Part shown: in pieces, positions 19,973-29,212 of the stretch | Layout of the letters: every line of letters begins with the position of its first letter | How positions within the stretch are numbered: position 1 is the first letter of the stretch | Source of the DNA: Promethearchaeota archaeon | Lineage (GTDB): Archaea; Asgardarchaeota; Lokiarchaeia; Sigyniarchaeales; SOKP01 | NCBI GenBank assembly: GCA_016840165.1 | Contig: JAEOSU010000100.1 | Location: forward strand, 1 to 43,578 | DNA length: 43,578 bases | Direction: 5' to 3' | Notes under the pieces: generated by a model | The model's input: only the letters and a program-made list of their open reading frames with translations | The model's database searches: none | What the model was told of the DNA's origin: nothing | Position numbers and translations under genes: made by a program

Positions 19973-20323
19973 ATGGAATTTTGCGATGAGTGTGGAAGCA
20001 TGATGCTTCCATCAAAAATTGATGGAAAAATGGTGTTTAAATGTAAATGTGGTGCTATTAAAATGTTTGATGAGGATAAATCAACCGCATATAAAGTGAA
20101 AAAAACAATTGAGCATTCGATTCGTGAAGAAGTTACCAATCTTGACGAAGTGATAGAATGGAAAGAGAAAAATTTAAGAAGTAGTATTAAAAATTTTAAA
20201 TGCTCTCGATGTGGTTATGATAAAGCTCATTTAGAAACAAGACAAACTCGAAGTGCAGACGAGGGTATGACTCATTTCATTACATGCTTAAAATGTGGAA
20301 AGATGAAAAAGATTGGAAGTTAA
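19973..20323 (+). CDS. tfs: Archaeal transcription cleavage factor TFS (TFIIS/RPB9-like)
   Basis: N-terminal FCDECG..CKCG ribbon; C-terminal CSRC..QTRSADEGMT..CLKC with the catalytic DE pair. Confidence 0.93.
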   Translation: MEFCDECGSMMLPSKIDGKMVFKCKCGAIKMFDEDKSTAYKVKKTIEHSIREEVTNLDEVIEWKEKNLRSSIKNFKCSRCGYDKAHLETRQTRSADEGMTHFITCLKCGKMKKIGS

Positions 20324-20329
20324 TTTTTT

Positions 20330-20635
20330 CTATTCCATTAATAATTCAGCAATTTTCTGCTCCGAAATTGCATTTTTAAATACTAATCGAATAAGTTTAT
20401 TTGACCTTTTTGCTCCACTAGCCAGTTCTACAGAAATTATATAATTATGAAGTTTTTTCTTCAAAAATGATATTAATTCTCGATTAGCTTTATTTTGAAT
20501 TGGCTTCGAGCGTAAAAAAATGGTGAGATATTCATCATCAAAGCTATTAGGAGAAATTTCCTGCTTTTTTGAATTTGGTTTAACATTAAATTTCAACAAA
20601 TAAACCGTTAACTCAACTTTTTCGATAAACTTCAT
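20330..20635 (-). CDS. DUF167 (YggU/UPF0235) family protein
   Basis: VKPNSK, P..NKANRELISFL, SGAKRSNK. Confidence 0.85.
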   Translation of the reverse strand: MKFIEKVELTVYLLKFNVKPNSKKQEISPNSFDDEYLTIFLRSKPIQNKANRELISFLKKKLHNYIISVELASGAKRSNKLIRLVFKNAISEQKIAELLME

Positions 20636-20667
20636 ATCTTTAAGATCTTAAAAGGGTTAATATGGTA

Positions 20668-22056
20668 TTAAAAATAGTTGTCAATATTTTGCTTTAATAA
20701 TTTAAAAGAGGCTTGTGATAATCTAATTCCTCCAGCTAGTTTATGACCTCCGCCATTTCCTCCTAATTTTTGCTTAATATTTGTTATAACGTTATTTACT
20801 CCACAATTTTTATGAGTTTTAATGAATTTTCTAGAACAGCGCACACTCAATTTTATCATTCGAGTTTTTTTCTCAAGCCCTCCTAAAAATAGCATTTTAT
20901 TCTGATCAAATAGGCCATTCACCATACTAAAACTTGCTGTGTCTGACCAGTTACTTGGAGCTATTTTACCATTACCAGCATCAATAAAAATTGCATTTTT
21001 TGTTTCATTCTTTGATAGGTCCTGAGATAATTTTTTCATATTAATTGCTAAATCGGATACATAATCCTTGTAAATAGTTTTAGCATAACGAGTTATTGAC
21101 TTTTGTGCCATTATTGAAATTGCTGCACTAATATTTTTAAAAGATAAGATATTTAATAATAAAGAATGTTCAAAGGTAAATCTTAACATTCCAGATTTGA
21201 AGGGCAATATACAATAATTTCCTAAATTAATCTTGGGTAATTTTAGTAAACTTTGAATTTCATTTTCGTTAATATCAATTAGTTTTTTATTGGCATCAAT
21301 ATGCATTGTACTTAATTGTGTTTTAATGTGAAGATCACTTTCACCGCTAAATCCGGGTATAAACGGCAATATACTGTTTTTAAGACTATTTTTAACTGTA
21401 TCGTGCATGCTTCCAAATAAAATCAACCCCTTTCTATCTTCTACAATTTCTTCATCAAGAATTTCTTGATATGTTTCTTTATTGAAAGATTGTAGCTTAT
21501 CCATCGAGCGTAATGAATCTCCAGCTATTCCTATAACAGTTAACCACCCGTATTTTATCAAAGAAGGATCAATACTTGTTGCAAACATATGTGTCAAGGT
21601 TGATCCAGCAATATCTGCTAAACCATCAAATCCATAAACGGTAGGATTGATAAAATGAAGATTATTAGGAAAATCATTAAAGTCAATTGCATTATCTACT
21701 TCATGATGATCGAGTATATAAAAATGTTCTTCTCTGTTTTTAATAATTGGAAGTAGATCACTCAGATTAGATCCCACATCCGTAAATATTAATGCTGTCT
21801 TGTTAGTCTGTCGTTTTGGTAAAATTCCATGTAAAAAATGTTCCCAAGATACAGAGCGATTATAAATAAAATAATCATTACTTAACTTCATTTTATAAAG
21901 TAAATTTTGGATCAATTGCAAGCTACTTATACCATCTGCGTCATTATGAGAGATTAGAACAATGTTATTGTAGTTACTTTTTGAATTGTCAGTAAAGTGC
22001 TCCACAGCTCCTTCGAGGTCACGTAAAAAAGCAGTTCGATCTGGTTTTTTTGCCAT
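20668..22056 (-). CDS. DHH-family phosphoesterase (archaeal RecJ/Cdc45-like) with DHHA1 domain
   Basis: SHNDADG, FTDVG, ILDHH, GIAGD, KLSVR, GGGHKLAGG. Confidence 0.88.
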   Translation of the reverse strand: MAKKPDRTAFLRDLEGAVEHFTDNSKSNYNNIVLISHNDADGISSLQLIQNLLYKMKLSNDYFIYNRSVSWEHFLHGILPKRQTNKTALIFTDVGSNLSDLLPIIKNREEHFYILDHHEVDNAIDFNDFPNNLHFINPTVYGFDGLADIAGSTLTHMFATSIDPSLIKYGWLTVIGIAGDSLRSMDKLQSFNKETYQEILDEEIVEDRKGLILFGSMHDTVKNSLKNSILPFIPGFSGESDLHIKTQLSTMHIDANKKLIDINENEIQSLLKLPKINLGNYCILPFKSGMLRFTFEHSLLLNILSFKNISAAISIMAQKSITRYAKTIYKDYVSDLAINMKKLSQDLSKNETKNAIFIDAGNGKIAPSNWSDTASFSMVNGLFDQNKMLFLGGLEKKTRMIKLSVRCSRKFIKTHKNCGVNNVITNIKQKLGGNGGGHKLAGGIRLSQASFKLLKQNIDNYF

Positions 22057-22336
22057 TTACATCAGTTTCCAATTAAGCGATACTAATTTCTTTTAAAATC
22101 AAAATATTATTATTGTTTAAAATGTTTCTCAAATTCTATATATTCTGAAGGTTATAAGCCTTTAATTATTAACTCTAATAGCACTATTAAACAAAATTAA
22201 AATAAATTAAATCCATTTAAATATTGCTATAATATTCAGCCAATTGGAGGTATTGAACTAAAATTTAAAAATTATCAAAAAATTATTTAATTCTATAAAA
22301 TTTTAATTCATACACATTTCGCAATAGTAGATAATA

Positions 22337-24037
22337 ATGGATTATTACCAAAAGAAATTACTGATAATCACTAGCTTGATTATTTGTTTTACAGCAACTC
22401 TTATCTTTTTAGTATTTAATGATACTTATCAAAGAGATGAATCTACTATTAATTTCAATGAGAATCTTTTAATGACTAATGAATTCTCTAAAGAGGATTA
22501 TGAACCAATCATAGAAAATGATAAACTAAGTTATGGAAACATCACGATTGTAGATCTGGATTTTGATGAAGCAGGAATTACAAATGATAGTCAAAATTAT
22601 GGCAGTTTGGATGATGACTTTGCTTCAGGAGCTCTAAAGATTAATTATAATGTTACAAAATTTATTAAAACTGTAAATGTCGCCCAAATAGATAATTTAA
22701 ATACTTCTATTGAAGATTCTAACATTATTACTATATTATTAAACGAAACTATTACGGTAGAATATAATAAATCATTGGCACCTCTCGAAGGGTTCTTAAT
22801 TTATGGTTGTAGATTAACTCCAAGCACTTTAGACAAGTTATTATTTCTTAATACGACAGACCCCTCAGTTGATGAAATCAGTAGCGATTTTTACAACACA
22901 GACAGTAATGATTACTTGATATTTAACTACGATGATTATTTTATTGAGGACTATAAAAAATTTGAATTGTATCTTCTCTGGGAATATGAAATAACTATTG
23001 ATAATTGGATCTTAGAACAAAATCAAGAGCAGATATTTATAAATAATGAAATACAGACTATAGATGCTCTTTTTAAATATAATTTTACTGTATCAAGGTA
23101 TAAAATTAGTGCAAATATCTCAGAAGGTATGAAAAATGCCACCAATTTAGACTTATATTTGAGACTTTCTCCAGCAGATATGAAAGATCTATATGATCAT
23201 AGCCTTAAGGTTGGAGAGAATACGATTAGTGATTATTTAAACGGAGATAATTCAATAAACATTACAATAGTTTCTGACTTAAACAAGGTGTATTTTAATT
23301 TCACTGCTAATTTTACAATTCAATTTATAGATCCAATTGAAACAAGTTGGGCTATTGATAGGTTGGTATCTCTAAGAAATATTAGAGAAAGGATCTATTT
23401 CCCATCATTAATCGAAGGTCCGCAGCATTACGTCTTATCAAACTTATATATTTATGAAAAAACAATAACAGTCGATCAAGTAATTAGTAATATGTCTTTA
23501 TTTGAAAGAAATGTTCAATATTATGATATCAATGTTTCTGAGGTTGAAGAGGAGCTACGAAATAGTCTAATAATCACTAGAAACTCGATTAAAAAGAAAG
23601 GATTGAAAATTTTTGTTCCATTCTTGATTAAAGGGGAAATTAATCCATTTATTATCAAATATGAAGCGAATAATGATTTAAAGGTTATTATTGCTGATAA
23701 TATATATATGCCCTTGTCTGGAATTACTGCTGAGTTTTACTACTACGGTAAACCTTATGGTACATATATTTCCAATGAGAAGATTCAACCATTATCTCCG
23801 ATTATATCAGATGAGAACGGTGAGGTGAATTTAAACGGTGTTCCAAATGGCAATTATACCCTTAAATTATATCGAGGCAATCAACTACTTATGGAGACCG
23901 TCGTTAGTACCTTTAACGCAGTAAATTATATTGCAACAGAAATAATACATTTTCCCCTCTGGATCATGATATTTGGTTTAATCAATGGTACATTTATATT
24001 GATTGGTTTAATTGTCTATCATAAATACAAAAAATGA
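22337..24037 (+). CDS. Membrane-anchored extracellular (likely glyco)protein
   Basis: N- and C-terminal hydrophobic helices, many NxS/T sequons, C-terminal beta-sandwich motif SDENGEVNLNGVPNGNYTLKL. Confidence 0.8.
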   Translation: MDYYQKKLLIITSLIICFTATLIFLVFNDTYQRDESTINFNENLLMTNEFSKEDYEPIIENDKLSYGNITIVDLDFDEAGITNDSQNYGSLDDDFASGALKINYNVTKFIKTVNVAQIDNLNTSIEDSNIITILLNETITVEYNKSLAPLEGFLIYGCRLTPSTLDKLLFLNTTDPSVDEISSDFYNTDSNDYLIFNYDDYFIEDYKKFELYLLWEYEITIDNWILEQNQEQIFINNEIQTIDALFKYNFTVSRYKISANISEGMKNATNLDLYLRLSPADMKDLYDHSLKVGENTISDYLNGDNSINITIVSDLNKVYFNFTANFTIQFIDPIETSWAIDRLVSLRNIRERIYFPSLIEGPQHYVLSNLYIYEKTITVDQVISNMSLFERNVQYYDINVSEVEEELRNSLIITRNSIKKKGLKIFVPFLIKGEINPFIIKYEANNDLKVIIADNIYMPLSGITAEFYYYGKPYGTYISNEKIQPLSPIISDENGEVNLNGVPNGNYTLKLYRGNQLLMETVVSTFNAVNYIATEIIHFPLWIMIFGLINGTFILIGLIVYHKYKK

Positions 24038-24049
24038 ATATAGGGAAAT

Positions 24050-24379
24050 TTGATTGTAATTTTTGTTGACAACTTAGAAAACTTCGTTGAATTCTTAAAA
24101 TTAAGAATTATGAGTGAAGTCTTCTATGAAATTAAAGAGTATAAAAATCATTCAGAAGTAAAAAATGAGACTAAATTTGAAATTATTCTTCACTTTCTTG
24201 CGAAAGTTGATCAAAATACAATTCTATACGAAACTAAACAAATTATATTAAAATCAGCAACCGATTCAATAGAAAAACAAATTATTGACTCTTTGCAAGA
24301 GATATTTCAGAAAGTGGATAGTTCACTGCACTTGGTGAAAGGAAAGATAAGAGAGATTTTTCTTTCTTATTCTTCATAA
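24050..24379 (+). CDS. Hypothetical protein, 109 aa
   Basis: ORF fills the gap, co-oriented with the upstream gene; no motif. Confidence 0.7.
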   Translation: MIVIFVDNLENFVEFLKLRIMSEVFYEIKEYKNHSEVKNETKFEIILHFLAKVDQNTILYETKQIILKSATDSIEKQIIDSLQEIFQKVDSSLHLVKGKIREIFLSYSS

Positions 24380-24414
24380 AAATAAAGGAAACATTATACT
24401 ATTGACTTATTTTT

Positions 24415-25977
24415 CTATTGATGATTAACTAATTCACCATATCCAATTAATCTATAGCGTCTATTGATAATCCTTGAGATGGCAAAGATGAAGTCTTCAG
24501 GTGGGCATATAGGAGGGTTAAGTTTAAGGATATAAGAATTCTTTAAAATTTTAACTACTGTTCCACCTGTTTTTTCTGTTCCCACGACTAATAATAATTT
24601 CTCATTATGTTTCAATTCAGATACCTTTATTTGGATCTCTGATCCGATTACCCTATCAAGTAAATTAACGTTAAGTTCTATTTCAGAGAGTACTTCAGGG
24701 AGAGAATTGGGTCTCCCAACCAATTGACCTATGAGTGAATCCCCCTTAGTAAGTGCGGGATCTAATTTCGTACCCAGCCCAATTAAACCTCCGGGTTTAG
24801 CTGTTTCTAATAGATTACTTCCTTGGTTAATACTGATCAATTTGGTCCGGATGGGTATATAATTATTTTTTATTCGCAAACCTGGCTTGATTTCAATCTC
24901 CTCTCCGATTTTTATATTTCCCTTTAAAACCGAACCACCAATTACTCCACCCTTCAATGAACTAATTTCGGTACCAGGTCTATTAATATCAAACGAGCGT
25001 GCAATGAGAAATTGAAAATTTTCATCTTCATCAAGATGAGGAGTGGGAATAAGTTCTTCAAAAGCCCTTACGACGAGATTAATATTAGCTCCAAATACTG
25101 CAGAAATAGGAATAATTGGAGCATTTTCAGCTACAGTTCCTTTTATAAAATCTTTAATTTGCTTATAATTTTCTTGAGCTTGTTCTTTTGAGACTGCATC
25201 AATCTTGTTCTGGATGATAATAATCTCTTTAATGCCAGCAATATTTAGTGCAGCTAAATGCTCTCTTGTTTGAGGTTGTGGACACTCTTCATCAGCAGCT
25301 ATTAATAAACACGCCCCATTCATTAGAGAGGCTCCACTGAGCATTGTCGCCATAAGGATCTCATGCCCGGGAGCATCTACGAATGAAATATTCCGTTGAA
25401 ACTCTAAGTTATCCCCACAATTAGGACACGAAAATCTAGGTTTCCCCTTTTCTCGTTGAGCTTCTGCCATATGATAAGTTAAATATTTATCGCATATTGG
25501 ACAATATAAGATTGTAGCGTTCGAATATCCAAGCTTGATCGAAATTCCTCTTTCTTGCTCTTCAGAATGTCGATCGGTCCAGTCCCCAGAAAGAGCTTTG
25601 ACTAAAGTAGTTTTACCGTGATCTACGTGCCCTACTAAACCAATATTACACTCTGCTTGCTGTTTCATTAATTCTTTTATCTTTTTTGCCTTTTCTGAAG
25701 AGAAATTAGATGAAGAGGCTTTCTTTGTTTCCCTAGGCCCTTTTATAGGAGTTTGTTCTTCTGAAATAGAGGTTGTTTCTTGTATTTGTTTAAGCAGTTC
25801 CTTTGCATTATTAATATACTTAATCGCAGTAGCTTCTCCTACACCTTTTATGTTTAACTTTAATAAATTATTTGGATCAGCTCCAGCTAATTGTTCTACT
25901 GTTTCAATTCCCGCTTTTTTAATTCTTTCCGCAGTAGCTTTTCCGATTCCCGTGATATCTTCTAAATCGTATGGCAT
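24415..25977 (-). CDS. eif2g: Translation initiation factor aIF-2 gamma with an N-terminal helix-hairpin-helix extension
   Basis: NIGLVGHVDHGKTTL, RGISIKLGY, Zn knuckle, DAPGHEILMATMLSGA, QNKID, RSFDINRPG, RYRLIGYG; N-terminal ITGIGKATA and IKGVGEATA. Confidence 0.96.
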   Translation of the reverse strand: MPYDLEDITGIGKATAERIKKAGIETVEQLAGADPNNLLKLNIKGVGEATAIKYINNAKELLKQIQETTSISEEQTPIKGPRETKKASSSNFSSEKAKKIKELMKQQAECNIGLVGHVDHGKTTLVKALSGDWTDRHSEEQERGISIKLGYSNATILYCPICDKYLTYHMAEAQREKGKPRFSCPNCGDNLEFQRNISFVDAPGHEILMATMLSGASLMNGACLLIAADEECPQPQTREHLAALNIAGIKEIIIIQNKIDAVSKEQAQENYKQIKDFIKGTVAENAPIIPISAVFGANINLVVRAFEELIPTPHLDEDENFQFLIARSFDINRPGTEISSLKGGVIGGSVLKGNIKIGEEIEIKPGLRIKNNYIPIRTKLISINQGSNLLETAKPGGLIGLGTKLDPALTKGDSLIGQLVGRPNSLPEVLSEIELNVNLLDRVIGSEIQIKVSELKHNEKLLLVVGTEKTGGTVVKILKNSYILKLNPPICPPEDFIFAISRIINRRYRLIGYGELVNHQ

Positions 25978-26070
25978 ATTATTCTCTAATTTAAAATTGT
26001 AATAAATAAAAGATATTTTATTTCTAAAATCCTATAAAAAATATAGAATGGATTTAATATTAAATTAATT

Positions 26071-26100
26071 GTTATAAGACTTGTAGTTATAAGACTTGTA
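26071..26100. repeat. Perfect 15-bp tandem duplication (GTTATAAGACTTGTA) x2
   Basis: Read directly; each copy contains TTATAA, about 95-120 nt upstream of aIF-2gamma on the minus strand. Confidence 0.9.
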
Positions 26101-26119
26101 CGATATGAATTATCAAAGT

Positions 26120-26347
26120 TTAGTGAGTGATTTTAATTGTTTTTATTCCTCCAGGCTTTTTTTCAAGTTCTTTATAGGATACTCTTAGAAGACTATCGAC
26201 ATAAAATGTAGAGATTTTTCCACATGATTCTATGTCATGAAGAATGTAAACTGGGGAGGGATAATGTGAAGTGTCAACATCGGTCTTCTCAATCTTGAAT
26301 ACTATTCGTTTATTACAATGAGGACAAGTATTAAATCGAAGCGGCAT
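26120..26347 (-). CDS. Small putative zinc-binding protein, 75 aa
   Basis: CPHC plus distal H...C (HDIESCG); FYVDSLLRV. Confidence 0.7.
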   Translation of the reverse strand: MPLRFNTCPHCNKRIVFKIEKTDVDTSHYPSPVYILHDIESCGKISTFYVDSLLRVSYKELEKKPGGIKTIKITH

Positions 26348-26471
26348 ATCTCAAAATCTCGTTTAATCTATATTAATACAATGCTTATTTTTAATACGTT
26401 ATATTATTTGTACATATATCTTTTCATCTACCAATAAATATAAGCGAATGAATTCTTTAAAATATTGATCT

Positions 26472-28673
26472 GTGATGCGTAGAATAAATTTGAAGATAAT
26501 ATCATCATTTATGATTATCTTTTTCATATTAACATCCCTATTTGGTTTTTGGTTTGTGTCAAAAACTAATACAAATATGAATTTAAATGAAAGCAATGGG
26601 TTGATACTTTCAGACACTATTTCAGATCTTATTTTATCTGATTTACCAGAAATTGATTACACTTCATTAAATGAGACTTGGTATAATCATCCCATTGAAA
26701 TGTTAATTATAGCTCCAAATCAAAGCAGTTTTATTGATGAATTAGAGCCTCTTGTCGATTGGAAGAATGAAAAAGGAGTTAAAACAATTCTTCTCACAAA
26801 TTTTAGCCTATATCCGGGAATCGATAATGCCGAAAAGATAAGAAACATGATTAAATCATATTATATCAGTGACCATATTAGATGGGTTCTTTTGGCTGGA
26901 GACGCTGAGGAGGATCTTATACCAATTCGTTATGTTTACAATCCCGATGTAATAGTTCGTGGTGATTCAGAGTATTCTACCTGGGATGATTATTATAAAC
27001 CAACTGACTTTTATTACGCAGAATTAGATGGGGATTGGAATCAAGATGGAGATGGAAATTGGGGGGAAAACCCTGATAATAATGCAAATAAGATTGATGA
27101 GATCACTTGGATTCCGGATGTATATGTTGGTCGATTACCCGCAGATAATGCGTTAGAACTCGCCAATATGGTAAATAAATCATTAAAATATGAAATGGAT
27201 CCTGAAATAGGTGAATGGATGAATAATATGCTCTTAGCGGGTGGAATAAGCCTATATAATCCTCCTGAAGACGAGGCCCGATTGACGGAATATATATGGC
27301 AAAATTATGTTCTATCTAATATGAATTTTACTCACTTAATAAGAAGCACTACGAGTTTTACTCCACAGATACCTCCTTCTCCAAACCAACAAGAATATCT
27401 TACTCATACTAATTTTAAGAATGCATTCAATGGAGACGCATTTGGTGAAGGAAATTCTGTTGTCTTTTTTGCGGGTCATGGGGATCCTCAAGTATATGCT
27501 GATGAGAGTAGTAGCACATTTTATACTTATCTTGATGCGAGTACCAGTAGTAACTTTGATAAACCTTCGCTTATTTACGCAGATGCGTGTACAACAGTAC
27601 CTTATGATGTAGAGTATAGTGTAGGCGAAAATAGTATTGGAGAGAATCTTATTAACCGTCCTAATGCAGGAGCTATTGGATATATTGGAGGTATCCGAGT
27701 TAATTGGTATCTTAAAGAAGATACCAACTTGGAAAAATTAAATCGCGGGAATGCGAAACTGTTTTTTAAAGAATTTTTCGAGGAGAAGAAGTTCCAACAA
27801 GGAAGAGCTTTATTCGATTCTAAAGTCACCTATATGAACAGTGATTATTTTCTGAGAGGAGATACTTCAATGATACTAGAGTGGCAAAGAAAGAATATAT
27901 TAACCTATAACTTATTGGGTGATCCCGAAATTGATATTTACACCGATATTCCTGTCTCTGTTCCAGATTACTTTAATAAAGATATTTATGAGGGGCAATT
28001 AGTTTCTTTCACACTCAAAGATAACCTAAATAGAATTGTTCCTTACGGTAGAGTGCATTTAAGAAGTTCAGATGGAAAATATTGCACTGTATATGCTGAT
28101 GTTGATGGAAATGTTAAGTTCAGACTGCCTACTCAGGCTAACGAGACATATAATGTCACGATTACGGGTCATAATTTAATACCATCTACCTTTAACTTTA
28201 CAACTAAAGAAGATTTGGATATTCCTGAGTTAATTGATGTTGAATTTACACCTCAAGAAATAACGGTTGATGATAACTCTCGTTTTAGCTTTTTAAGTCA
28301 AGATAATCATTCTGGAATAGAAAGTATTTTTTTCATTTTAACTAAAAATAACTTTCAAGATTATGTATTTTATCAGGTTGGAAATAGTTTTAATCAGAAC
28401 TTTAAGGAATTTAACCTTATTTTGAATAAATTAAAGCCCGGGGATTATTCCTATGCCATTGTGGTAAGAGATTATATAAATATTACGACTTTTTATTATG
28501 AATCATCATATGGGTTCAAAGTTGAAATTCCTTTTACCTACTATTTCGTGATTGCCTCCTTAGTTTTGATTATAAGCATAATGACTTTCTCAATATATTA
28601 TATAATTTATAATTTGAAGAAACTCAAAAAAAGTAATCGAGAAATTAAATCGGATGCCTTTTCATCAATCTAA
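26472..28673 (+). CDS. Gingipain-like C25 cysteine peptidase, membrane-anchored
   Basis: LVDWKNEKG, WVLLAGD, PTDFYYAELDGDW, VYVGRLP, FAGHG (His), ADAC (Cys), YNLLGDP; N- and C-terminal TM helices. Confidence 0.92.
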   Translation: MMRRINLKIISSFMIIFFILTSLFGFWFVSKTNTNMNLNESNGLILSDTISDLILSDLPEIDYTSLNETWYNHPIEMLIIAPNQSSFIDELEPLVDWKNEKGVKTILLTNFSLYPGIDNAEKIRNMIKSYYISDHIRWVLLAGDAEEDLIPIRYVYNPDVIVRGDSEYSTWDDYYKPTDFYYAELDGDWNQDGDGNWGENPDNNANKIDEITWIPDVYVGRLPADNALELANMVNKSLKYEMDPEIGEWMNNMLLAGGISLYNPPEDEARLTEYIWQNYVLSNMNFTHLIRSTTSFTPQIPPSPNQQEYLTHTNFKNAFNGDAFGEGNSVVFFAGHGDPQVYADESSSTFYTYLDASTSSNFDKPSLIYADACTTVPYDVEYSVGENSIGENLINRPNAGAIGYIGGIRVNWYLKEDTNLEKLNRGNAKLFFKEFFEEKKFQQGRALFDSKVTYMNSDYFLRGDTSMILEWQRKNILTYNLLGDPEIDIYTDIPVSVPDYFNKDIYEGQLVSFTLKDNLNRIVPYGRVHLRSSDGKYCTVYADVDGNVKFRLPTQANETYNVTITGHNLIPSTFNFTTKEDLDIPELIDVEFTPQEITVDDNSRFSFLSQDNHSGIESIFFILTKNNFQDYVFYQVGNSFNQNFKEFNLILNKLKPGDYSYAIVVRDYINITTFYYESSYGFKVEIPFTYYFVIASLVLIISIMTFSIYYIIYNLKKLKKSNREIKSDAFSSI

Positions 28674-28753
28674 AATTAATGATCAATATTTATTTTAATA
28701 TAACAAATTATCTTAATAATTATAATCATGATAAATTTTCTTCTATGAGATTT

Positions 28754-29053
28754 ATGACAGAAGATAATCAAAAAAAAGAAGTACATCCTATAGTTAAGAA
28801 AGCGCTTGAGATGACATATACGGGTGTTGAACCTATTCAATTCGATGATTATGCGATTGAACAATTAGAAGATATGCTAAAGGATCGCTTTGGTAAACCT
28901 GATCTACTTAAGGCGGTTGTTGACCTCATCAATTTGGCAAGAGTGCTTGAGGAAAAAGGATGCAATTCAGCATCAATGAAACTTATTATAGTAGCAAGTA
29001 CTGCTGCTGAGGCTCTTCAGAAACAATTTAAGAAGGAAGGAATAAAAACTTAA
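28754..29053 (+). CDS. Hypothetical helical protein (~100 aa; ORF open from 28679)
   Basis: Protein-like composition from MTEDNQ onward; start uncertain (28745 or 28754). Confidence 0.7.
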   Translation: MTEDNQKKEVHPIVKKALEMTYTGVEPIQFDDYAIEQLEDMLKDRFGKPDLLKAVVDLINLARVLEEKGCNSASMKLIIVASTAAEALQKQFKKEGIKT

Positions 29054-29212
29054 TTCAAATTTATTATATTTCAACTCAAATAATCGATTGACTAAATTAA
29101 ATTTTAATAAAATTTAATTAATAAGCTACACTACTTCTAAATACTTTAGACCGAATAAGGAAACATTTTATCGAAAATATTGCTCCTTATTGTTTGGTCT
29201 TGTGTGGAATTC

